From Thermoanaerobaculum sp. (GTDB lineage Bacteria > Acidobacteriota > Thermoanaerobaculia > Multivoradales > UBA5704): 64,000 nt of DNA. Each line of letters begins with the position of its first letter. Within the stretch, counting starts at the first letter, position 1. Shown in pieces: positions 56,655 through 64,000 of this stretch. The position numbers were made by a program, and so were the translations under genes. The notes under the pieces were generated by a model that was given only the letters and a program-made list of their open reading frames with translations, did no database searches and had not been told where the DNA came from. The stretch spans positions 46,833 to 110,832 of the forward strand of contig JAJKHS010000032.1 in assembly GCA_021154885.1 (NCBI GenBank). The letters run 5' to 3'.

Positions 56655-58427
56655 TTACTTTTTCGTCTTCGTATTCTTCTTTGTTTTCCTAGATCTAGAT
56701 CGAGAATCAGGCTTGGACTTAAATCTCAATATGGATTTGGACTTAGATCTAGATCTGCCCCTAGATTCGGACTCAGATTCGGACTCAGATCCGGAATCAG
56801 ATAATTTTCTTTTGTTCCTCTTTTTGGCCGAAGACCGGTTTTTGGCTTTGCCGACCGGTTTGCCCTTACCCTTGGACGCTGGCTGCGATTTATCGGCAGC
56901 GGCCGCAGCGGTTAAAATTTTTGCCAGCTCATCGAGGCCTACACCGGGGAATCTCTTCTTCACCAGTGACACGACATCGGCTTCCGATGGGTTTTGAGTG
57001 GGCGTGCGCTGTTTGGCTAAAAATTCCCGCTTGGGACCTTGCGCGAGGGATATCTCTTCACCAGTCTTGGCAGCGCCTTTCACCGTGAAGCTGAATGGCT
57101 TTGCGACGGTGAGGGGCTCGTTTACCAGGTCCTCTTCTTCGACGAAGTTCTCACCGAGCGTTCGTATGCCCGCCGGCTTCTTGGCCTCCGGGAACTTGCC
57201 TTTCGACAGGACCTTTGCCGTCATCTCCCAGGTACTGGGTATCCGCCTTGGAATCTCGACTTCTTTGTCAAGAACGTCCTTTTCTAGGCCTGCAGGATCG
57301 ACAACTTTTTTGTCGATTAGGTCCTCTATGTTCACCTTGTATGAGTCCTTGGGGTAGCCGACCTTGACTATGACCTCGATCTTCGCGTCGGCCTCCGCCA
57401 ATTTCTTCACCTCCTCCTCTGCGACACTGGAGTAGGCAGGAGTATTCAAGGCCTCGATCTGAGGCGCGAGATTCCATAGCTCGAAGGAGTTGTCTTTTCC
57501 CCCGACCAGTTGATCGGCCACCAAGTGACCGGCGTTGTACTCTCCCACCGGATCGTAACCTTCCAGGATCACATGCTCCGCCCGCGCCATGGAGGTCACC
57601 AGGGACAGATTGGCACTCTTTTTCCGTTCATCGTCCCGGAGGGTGTCCTTGCTCACCTCAGCTTTCACCGTGTGCGGCCGGGCCAAAGGGCCGAGCTGTT
57701 GGGTGCCAGGCAATTCGAGATCTTTTAGTTTCAGTTTCGTTGCCCCGGCTATGGCTCCGGCTGGCGTCTTCTCGTTCGTGGACCCCTGGTCCTCGAGGCT
57801 CATCTGCATGAGGTTCGAGGGCGGTGAATACGTGTTCTGCTCGCCGGAGTGCGGCCACAGGGGAGGGAGCGCGATTTCGCTCCGCTGCCGGCTGCCGCGG
57901 TCCGCTCGGTCGGCGGCGCTTCCGATTTCGGCCGCTTCTCGCTCCAAGCCGCGATCGTCATTCAGGGCCACGTTTTCTATCTGCCCGGTCGGCTTCACCC
58001 TGCCCTGCCGCTGCTGCACCGCGTGCCAGGCCTCGTGGGGCAACTGCTCGTCCTCTCCCGGCGCGAGGTGGATGGCATTTCCCCGCAGGAACGCCAAGGC
58101 GCGGTACTGCGCCGGCTCCGGCGAGTTGTGATAGACCCGCAGTCCCCCCAGATTCACCCCGGAGGCCCATTCGAGATGGGCGCGCAGGGGACCCGGCAGA
58201 CCGCCGGCCGGTTCGCCGCCAGCGGGGTAAACCGGGGGCAGGGGGCTCGGCGCCTGCTCCAGGGCTCGCTTCATCTGGGCGGTCGAGCATGTCGGGTCCC
58301 GGCGCGCGGGATCGCGACTCGGCCCATTGCGGCCCTCGTGCGGCGAGACGCCAAATTGCGCCGTCGCCGACGAGCTCTCCCGTACCGCCAAGCTCTGCCG
58401 TCTTGAAATCGGACTATAGATTCGCAC
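56655..58427 (-). CDS. Polymorphic-toxin-like protein: N-terminal DUF4157 domain + EssD/YeeF-type (Endonuclease_NS_2-like) nuclease + basic low-complexity tail
   Basis: The DUF4157 pattern is GVNLGGLRVYHNS...ALAFLRGNAIHLAPGE...LPHEAWHAVQQ. The nuclease motif is NAGHLVADQLVGGKDNSFELWNLAPQIEALN. The tail is KGKGKPVGKAKNRSSAKKRNKRKLSDSGSESESESESRGRSRSKSK. GTG start with a GGAGG SD. The 3' half has low GC. Confidence 0.7.
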   Translation of the reverse strand: MRIYSPISRRQSLAVRESSSATAQFGVSPHEGRNGPSRDPARRDPTCSTAQMKRALEQAPSPLPPVYPAGGEPAGGLPGPLRAHLEWASGVNLGGLRVYHNSPEPAQYRALAFLRGNAIHLAPGEDEQLPHEAWHAVQQRQGRVKPTGQIENVALNDDRGLEREAAEIGSAADRADRGSRQRSEIALPPLWPHSGEQNTYSPPSNLMQMSLEDQGSTNEKTPAGAIAGATKLKLKDLELPGTQQLGPLARPHTVKAEVSKDTLRDDERKKSANLSLVTSMARAEHVILEGYDPVGEYNAGHLVADQLVGGKDNSFELWNLAPQIEALNTPAYSSVAEEEVKKLAEADAKIEVIVKVGYPKDSYKVNIEDLIDKKVVDPAGLEKDVLDKEVEIPRRIPSTWEMTAKVLSKGKFPEAKKPAGIRTLGENFVEEEDLVNEPLTVAKPFSFTVKGAAKTGEEISLAQGPKREFLAKQRTPTQNPSEADVVSLVKKRFPGVGLDELAKILTAAAAADKSQPASKGKGKPVGKAKNRSSAKKRNKRKLSDSGSESESESESRGRSRSKSKSILRFKSKPDSRSRSRKTKKNTKTKK

Positions 58428-58670
58428 TGCGCCCTCCTCGCCAGCGTGCCTCGTCTTCAGAGTTTCAGATCTTTATACCACTGTTTCAGAGATTTCCAAC
58501 CTTCGGCAGTGGGAGGAAAGGAGGCGCCAGGCTCTTACCTTCACGCTCAACTGAGCGGTTGGGCCTTCACGGCCCGATCCCCCTCTCTCCCTGGGGAGAG
58601 AGGGGGAGCCTTTCATGGGTTCGGTACGGTTGCGGCACCGGCGGGCGTGCCTGGGAGGAGCGCGCCGGGA

Positions 58671-59819
58671 TCAGCCCTGCTCGGTCTCGGTCTCGGTGGG
58701 CGAGGGGACCGGATTCGGGTGGGGCTTGGGATAGACCTGCTGGGCTCCGCAGTCCGAGCAGCAGCAGCCACAGTCGGGGCACGCTCCCCGTTCCGCGGTG
58801 ACGGTACCCACCACGTTCAGGCCGACGGGGTTCTGCGTCTCGGGCAGCCAAATGATGTTCTTGACCACGAAGCTCAGGCAGTTGAGGCCCGGCAGGAAGA
58901 GGCTCTGGTTGGTGATCGAAACGGGAGTCGGATTGTTGAAACCGGCGGCTGTGGAGACCTGGGTGTTGTTGAGCCAGATCGTCGCGCTGTCGTCGACCAG
59001 GACGCTGAGCTGGAGCCGCGCGTTCTCGAAGCCGGAGCACAGGGAGAAGCAGCGCTGGAAGGTAAAGAATCCCGGCCCGGTGGGTGGGTTGAGGTTTTGG
59101 GTGACACTGCGGACGCTGATCCATTGCGCTCCCGGCTGGGAACCCCAGACGGCGCTCTTGTCCACCGTCTCGATGACGTTGGCCGGACGGGGAGTCTGGA
59201 TGGGCAGCGGCTGGTTCAAATAGTTCACGGCGGACGTCAAGGTCCATTCGGTCGCGCCGGTGCTGAGGTCGAGCTTCAGGTCGTCGCGGCACGCCTCGAT
59301 CAGACGGCGGCAGACCCTTTCCGTGTGGAAGGCGACGACGTTGCCCACCGGCGTACCGTGCGTCGCCGGCGCGCCGACCGTGTAGACGGCGACGACGTCG
59401 AGCTCACAGGGGCTCTCGATCACGACGTAGCCCTTGACGAACCGGGTCGCCGCGACGCCGAGGGCTTTGGCGATATTGGGTGAGTCGATCTCGACCGCCT
59501 GGTCCGGCCGCAGGGTCAGGCTGAAGAAACGCGTGATCACTCCTGGCACCAGGGGATTGGCGACGGCGACCTTCCAGCGGAACGTGACCGTCTTGCAGGT
59601 GGCGGGGTTGTGGACGTTGATCGCGGTGTAATACCGGCCGGGCGCCACGATCTCCTGGCCGTCATCCGGCTGGGGGATGCCGGAAACCACCTTGGCGGCA
59701 TACTGAAACTCTTTACAGGGCCTGCCGTGATCGACGAGCTGCGGCAGGACCGGTGGCTGCTGCGGGCCTTGCGCTTCCGCGGGTGGGTTGGACGCGGAGC
59801 TTTTTTTGTGTTGAGCCAT
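58671..59819 (-). CDS. Hypothetical protein (two beta-rich domains, Cys-rich C-terminus)
   Basis: Good coding signal. FQYAAKVVSG...PGRYYTAINVHNP...FRWKVAVA resembles an uncharacterised family I cannot name. The C-terminus contains CPDCGCCCSDCG. The start is 59819 (GGAG upstream) or 59834. Confidence 0.6.
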   Translation of the reverse strand: MAQHKKSSASNPPAEAQGPQQPPVLPQLVDHGRPCKEFQYAAKVVSGIPQPDDGQEIVAPGRYYTAINVHNPATCKTVTFRWKVAVANPLVPGVITRFFSLTLRPDQAVEIDSPNIAKALGVAATRFVKGYVVIESPCELDVVAVYTVGAPATHGTPVGNVVAFHTERVCRRLIEACRDDLKLDLSTGATEWTLTSAVNYLNQPLPIQTPRPANVIETVDKSAVWGSQPGAQWISVRSVTQNLNPPTGPGFFTFQRCFSLCSGFENARLQLSVLVDDSATIWLNNTQVSTAAGFNNPTPVSITNQSLFLPGLNCLSFVVKNIIWLPETQNPVGLNVVGTVTAERGACPDCGCCCSDCGAQQVYPKPHPNPVPSPTETETEQG

Positions 59820-59849
59820 GAGCGTAATCTCCATTCGTAGTCTGTTGTC

Positions 59850-60476
59850 TTAATTGGTCAGGCAGCAACCGCTCAGTTGCAGCGTGGCCGACTGCACCAT
59901 GGTGTCGTCCTCCACGTCGAAGCTCAGGCGGCTGTTCGCGTTGATGTTGGCCAGGGCGGTGCCGGTCAGGTTCCAGGTCTTTGAGGCCGTTTGTCCTGTG
60001 TTAAATGGAAAGTTCACAGGAGGATGGATGTATATCCTTTCGCTGTAAGGTTGCACTACGGCTCCCAGGTGCATCACCACGATATCGTCGTTGCCGGCGT
60101 CAGAGCCGTTGACCGAGCCGCCCTGGTTGGCCTTCATCTTGACGGTGAGCACGGCCCTGGTGATCTGGCAGCAACGATGCTCGTTTTTCCATTGAAAGGT
60201 GTGCAGGTAATGTTTGTCCGTACCCGGATAGTTGAGCGCCGTCTGGTAGTTGCTGAGTTGGCCCGCGGCGAAGTCGCCGGTGAACACGTTGGGCGTGTTT
60301 GCATTGAGAGTCAGATTGAGCGGCGCCGGGCAGGCGTTGACGGGCAGCGCGACGGCCTCCGCCTCTGCCGCGACAGGTCTCTGCTGCGCCTGAGCGAAAA
60401 CGGGGCTCGCTGCGAGCAGGATCGCCGCGGCGAGCAGCGGAGCGAAAACGTTGCGCAAAACATTTCTGGTTTCCAT
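59850..60476 (-). CDS. Hypothetical secreted protein (208 aa)
   Basis: AGGAG SD. Signal peptide LLAAAILLAASPVFAQA. Low-GC gene. Ends in SGCCLTN. Sits 15-30 nt upstream of the next gene. Confidence 0.6.
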   Translation of the reverse strand: METRNVLRNVFAPLLAAAILLAASPVFAQAQQRPVAAEAEAVALPVNACPAPLNLTLNANTPNVFTGDFAAGQLSNYQTALNYPGTDKHYLHTFQWKNEHRCCQITRAVLTVKMKANQGGSVNGSDAGNDDIVVMHLGAVVQPYSERIYIHPPVNFPFNTGQTASKTWNLTGTALANINANSRLSFDVEDDTMVQSATLQLSGCCLTN

Positions 60477-60718
60477 AGCAGACTCCTGGTTCAGTCGAAC
60501 ATTTATATTCGTGGCCTTCGTTTTCGAGCCCGTGATCCAGGCTCGATCGAAGACTGTCGCCAGGAGGTCCGCTATCTCACGCGAAGTGAGGCGGCCGCGT
60601 AGGATGCGAAAGGTTTTCGCGCTTCAGGCGGGGGGTGGGACGCGGAAGGTGACGCGGAAAGTGAACCGGCCGGCGGCGGTGGGCTTGCCGCCGGGCGTGC
60701 GTGGCCTCGTGGCCTCTC

Positions 60719-63079
60719 TTATGGACGGGGCGCTGAGCGCCGCCGCCGGACCAGCGGCAGCAGCGCCGCCAGCCCCACCAGGGTGAGCAGGGAGCTCGAG
60801 ACCAGTGCGATCCCCACCAGCAGACCCAGCCGCTCGTTCGCCGGCACCTGGGAGACGGCGAGCAGGGCGAAGCCCAGGGCGATGGCGCCGGAGTCGATGG
60901 CAATGGCCGGGCCGGTCTCCTCCAGGGCCTTGAGGTCCGGCCGGGGATGGCCGGCGGCCTCGGCGACCCCGTAGCGCTCCACGTAGTGGATGGCATAGTC
61001 GACGCCGATCCCCAGGGTGATGGCGCAGAACATGGAGGTGGCGACGCCGAGGGGGACGTTCAGCCAGCCCATGAGCCCGAAGACCCAGAGCACGGCGACG
61101 CAGGCGGGCACCACGGCCCACAGGCCGGTGACGGCGGAGCGGTAGAGCAGGGCGATCACCGCCCAGCAGCCCACCAGGGCCAGGAGCAGCGAGTAGACCT
61201 GGGTGCGGACGATCGCCGGGATCATGGCCTGGCTGACGGCGACGTCGCCCGCGAAGCCGACGCGCATCCCCAGCGGCGCGAGATGGGCCCGCTCATAGCC
61301 GCGGATGGCGGCCATCAGCCGGGCGATCCCCCGGTAGTCCGCCTCTTTGAGGTAGATGGAGATGATAGTGCGGGAGAGGCCGTCGTCGATCACCTGCCGG
61401 CGGCGCAGCGGCCCGCGGGCGTCGTCGAAGAGCTGGATCAGGTGCTCGATACCGGCAGGTTTCGGAGGGAGCCGCCGGTACTCTTCGCGCCGCGCCTGCC
61501 AGAGGTAGGAGACGGTCACCAGGTGGCTGTAGGGGCCGAGGACGCCGCCGACTTTCGGCTGGGCGCGCAGGAAGTCCTCGAAGCGGCCGAGGGCCTGCAG
61601 GGTCGCCGTGTCGAGCAGGGGGCCTTTGCGCTCGTCTCCCTCGGGGATGCGTCCTGATGGTGGACGGACGGCGACGTGGGCGAGGAGGACGTGAGTGCCG
61701 AGGAGCTTGGCGTTGACCTCGTCGTTGGCCTTGCGGAACGGGCTGTTGGCGGCGAAGCCGTCGATCCAACTGTCCTGCACCCGCAGGCGGGCGAGGCCGC
61801 AGCCGAGGAGGAGGGTCGCGATGCCGAGCACGGCCAGGGTGGCGCGGCGGCGGGAGAGGAGAGGGGAGAGGAGGCGCACCAGCACGTGGCCGTCGAGGAT
61901 GGAGGAGCCGCGGCGCTCGAGGCGCTCGCCGGGGATGAGGGCGAGCGTCGCCGGCGCCACGGTGAAGGTCCAGAACAGGCAGAAGATCACGGCGAGGCTG
62001 GAGAAGAGGCTGAAGGACTGCACCGGGATGATGGTCGAGGGGGAGAAGGAGAAGAAGCCGGCGACGGTGGTGAGCGAGACGAGGACGATGGGCCGCGACA
62101 TCTCGGCCACGGCCTGCCGCAGGGCCGGCATGTGATCGGCCTTCGCCTCCGGGTGCTGCGCCAGGATCTGCTGATAGTGCCACAGCAGGTGGAGCTCGTC
62201 GGCGAGGAAGGCGGTGATGAGGACGACCGGCAGCACCGCCGTGGTCAGGTAGACGGGCACGCCGAGCCAGCCCATGAGGCCGAAGGTCCAGATCAGCGAG
62301 GCGCCCATCTTCGGCAGCACCACGGGGAGCGACCAGAGCCGGCGGCAGCCCCACCAGCAGGCGAGGGCGATGACGATCAGGGCCAGCGGCACGAGCAGCG
62401 TCAGATCCTGGAGGATGTGGGTGCCGAGCAGCGATTCGGCGACCGGCGCGCCGGCCACGACGATGCGGTCGGTGGCCGAGGCGAAGGGCTTCGCCGTCTT
62501 CAGGATGGCGCGGTAGAGGGCGGTACGGTCGGCGTTGGCGTCCTTGTCCGACGAGTTGGGCGCGCCGAGCAGGATGGACGCCGCCCGGCCGTCCGCCGAT
62601 ACCAGGGTGCCCTTGAGGATGGAGGCCGCGGCGACGTCGCCGCGCAGGGTCTCCATGAGCAGCGGCGTGTCGGGCAGCGGGTCGAGGAACGGCCGGAAGT
62701 TGAGGGTCCCCGGGTAGACGCGGTCGCGGTGCTCGGTGGCGAGGCTCATCACCTCGTCGGGGCCGACGCCCGGCAGGCGGGCGAGGGCGGCCGAGAGGTC
62801 GCGTACCCGGCGCAGGGTGTCGAGGTTGTAGATCCCCTCCGGCCGCGAGGTCTCGACGAGGACGACGATGGGATCGCGCAGGTGGAAGTGATCGCGCACC
62901 TCGGCGTCGAAGAGGATCTCCGGGTCGTCGACCGGCATCAGGGCGTGGCCGTCGGTGCGCAGTTGCAGGCGCAGCAGGCCGGGAGCCATCGCCAGGGTGA
63001 CGAAGGTCATGGCGGCGATGGCGCGGCGGGGCCGGGCCATGGACGCCTCGGCGAGGCGATTGAGCCAGGAGTCGATCAT
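60719..63079 (-). CDS. MMPL/RND-superfamily exporter (HpnN-like lipid exporter type)
   Basis: 786 aa with two 6-TM bundles separated by soluble loops. The N-terminus (RPRRAIAAMTFVTLAMAPGLLRLQLRTDGHALMP) is typical of this family. Confidence 0.85.
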   Translation of the reverse strand: MIDSWLNRLAEASMARPRRAIAAMTFVTLAMAPGLLRLQLRTDGHALMPVDDPEILFDAEVRDHFHLRDPIVVLVETSRPEGIYNLDTLRRVRDLSAALARLPGVGPDEVMSLATEHRDRVYPGTLNFRPFLDPLPDTPLLMETLRGDVAAASILKGTLVSADGRAASILLGAPNSSDKDANADRTALYRAILKTAKPFASATDRIVVAGAPVAESLLGTHILQDLTLLVPLALIVIALACWWGCRRLWSLPVVLPKMGASLIWTFGLMGWLGVPVYLTTAVLPVVLITAFLADELHLLWHYQQILAQHPEAKADHMPALRQAVAEMSRPIVLVSLTTVAGFFSFSPSTIIPVQSFSLFSSLAVIFCLFWTFTVAPATLALIPGERLERRGSSILDGHVLVRLLSPLLSRRRATLAVLGIATLLLGCGLARLRVQDSWIDGFAANSPFRKANDEVNAKLLGTHVLLAHVAVRPPSGRIPEGDERKGPLLDTATLQALGRFEDFLRAQPKVGGVLGPYSHLVTVSYLWQARREEYRRLPPKPAGIEHLIQLFDDARGPLRRRQVIDDGLSRTIISIYLKEADYRGIARLMAAIRGYERAHLAPLGMRVGFAGDVAVSQAMIPAIVRTQVYSLLLALVGCWAVIALLYRSAVTGLWAVVPACVAVLWVFGLMGWLNVPLGVATSMFCAITLGIGVDYAIHYVERYGVAEAAGHPRPDLKALEETGPAIAIDSGAIALGFALLAVSQVPANERLGLLVGIALVSSSLLTLVGLAALLPLVRRRRSAPRP

Positions 63080-63082
63080 GGG

Positions 63083-63511
63083 TCAGGCGTACGGCTTCAA
63101 CGCTTCCCGCAACGCGACCGGGATGGCGGTGGGGACCGTCCTCTCCCCCTCGCGCCGCATGCAGGCCACCACCTGCTCGCCGCGCGCCGCCAGTTCCTCG
63201 CCGTCCGCCCCCCCGGCGGTCAATCGCCAGTACTCGAAGAGCAGGGTGATGCGGTTCTGCACCACGCCGCCCAGGCGCATGCGCACGGACACCTGATCGA
63301 AGGCGAACAGCTCGGTGAGATAGTCGCACGAACAGCGGACGGTGGCGAGGGCGAGGTCGCGGGAGAGCTCGTCCAGGACCTCCGGCGCGTTGTCGCGCAG
63401 GAACATCTCGCGACAGCGCCCCTGCCAGCGCAGGGGGTTGACGTAGTAGACGTTGCCCACGAGGTTGGTATCCTCGAAGCCCACCACGTGGCGGTACTCG
63501 TAGAACTTCAA
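63083..63511 (-). CDS. Hotdog-fold acyl-CoA/ACP thioesterase (4HBT/YbgC-like)
   Basis: YEYRHVVGFEDTNLVGNVYYVN is the 4HBT N-terminal pattern. TTG start, overlapping the upstream gene stop. Confidence 0.75.
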   Translation of the reverse strand: MKFYEYRHVVGFEDTNLVGNVYYVNPLRWQGRCREMFLRDNAPEVLDELSRDLALATVRCSCDYLTELFAFDQVSVRMRLGGVVQNRITLLFEYWRLTAGGADGEELAARGEQVVACMRREGERTVPTAIPVALREALKPYA

Positions 63512-63999
63512 GCGGGGGTCTCTGCGGGGTCGCCGGAATCGTCACGATCGACGAGCACCGCCAGGGCGGCCGCCCCGGCCAGCTCGCGCACCGGCGCCAG
63601 CAGGCTGCCGATGCGCAGGGCGCCGGAGCGCAGGACGAGCCAGCCGTCGCCGGCGCCATGGCTTTCCAGCGTCAACGGCGCGCCGTGGGGGACGCCGGCC
63701 TTGGCCAGGCTCTCGGCCGCCGCCCAGACACGGGTGGCCGCGGCGTCCCGGCTCTCTCCCCGCTCGCGGGCGATGAGCTCGGCGAGGCGGAAGCGGTCCG
63801 GGCCCAGCAGGCCGCGCCAGACCTCCTCCGGCCGCGCGGCCACCGGCTCCAGGTCGCAGCCCACGCGGCCATTCCGGATCACGGCAAGCACGAGGGGAGC
63901 GGCGTGCGAGACGGAGACCTGGCCGGCGTCCGTCTCGGGCTTGCCGTCGGGGCGATGCCCCGCTTCGCCGGCGCCCATCAGGCTGAAGACCGTGCCGTG
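63508..63999 (-). CDS. 4'-phosphopantetheinyl transferase superfamily protein, C-terminal part (N-terminus outside the window)
   Basis: DGKPETDAGQVSVSHAAPLVLAV...CDLEPV and WAAAESLAKA resemble the Sfp-type second half. The frame stays open to the window end. Confidence 0.55.
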   Translation of the reverse strand, partial: HGTVFSLMGAGEAGHRPDGKPETDAGQVSVSHAAPLVLAVIRNGRVGCDLEPVAARPEEVWRGLLGPDRFRLAELIARERGESRDAAATRVWAAAESLAKAGVPHGAPLTLESHGAGDGWLVLRSGALRIGSLLAPVRELAGAAALAVLVDRDDSGDPAETPA

Positions 64000-64000
64000 G

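Noticed and set aside
56690-56830. Short tandem DNA repeats (gattcggactca units, agatctagatct) near the toxin gene 3' end, considered as an independent repeat element
   Set aside because: They lie inside the toxin ORF and simply encode its SE/SD/SR/SK low-complexity tail.

Overview
High-GC bacterial chromosomal window. By inference the gene repertoire resembles Acidobacteriota or Myxococcota: a tricorn-like protease, a CadC-type wHTH-TPR regulator, TPR Ser/Thr kinases, many CarboxypepD_reg-like secreted proteins and an IPTL-CTERM sorting tail. All calls come from reading the ORF translations, motifs, third-position GC and the DNA by eye; no searches were run. 1-24.7 kb is mostly housekeeping: deaD helicase, an ABC-2 exporter, an M48 protease, a tricorn-like protease, a c-type cytochrome, an AidB-like dehydrogenase, uppP, rfbB/rfbC, DUF4301, a CadC-like regulator and an RND efflux pair. 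24.7-38.8 kb is a signalling and secretome block. It holds an FHA-GAF sigma54 activator divergent from a candidate sigma54 promoter and a 72-aa ORF, a TPR Ser/Thr kinase, a 1398-aa M36 fungalysin with P-domain, DUF11 repeats and IPTL-CTERM, and a translationally coupled operon encoding an 82-aa Cys-rich secreted peptide. 38.9-60.5 kb looks accessory, with patchy lower GC. It contains a 21-bp tandem repeat array and the operon I rate most interesting: a purple-acid-phosphatase-type metallophosphoesterase, a cold-shock-domain-CHAT protease fusion and small membrane peptide(s). It also contains two tandem paralogous large secreted proteins, a degenerate membrane pseudokinase and an 8-repeat CRISPR array with no cas genes in the window. 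Further along are a repeat family that includes a DUF559 endonuclease gene bracketed by ~148-bp inverted repeats plus a MITE-like derivative, and a DUF4157/EssD-like nuclease toxin island. msrB, ligA, yihY and a rhodanese gene sit between these. The window ends in an MMPL exporter, thioesterase and PPTase lipid-type cluster. No rRNA or tRNA genes were recognised. Many long ORFs in the track are antisense shadows typical of high-GC DNA and were rejected.
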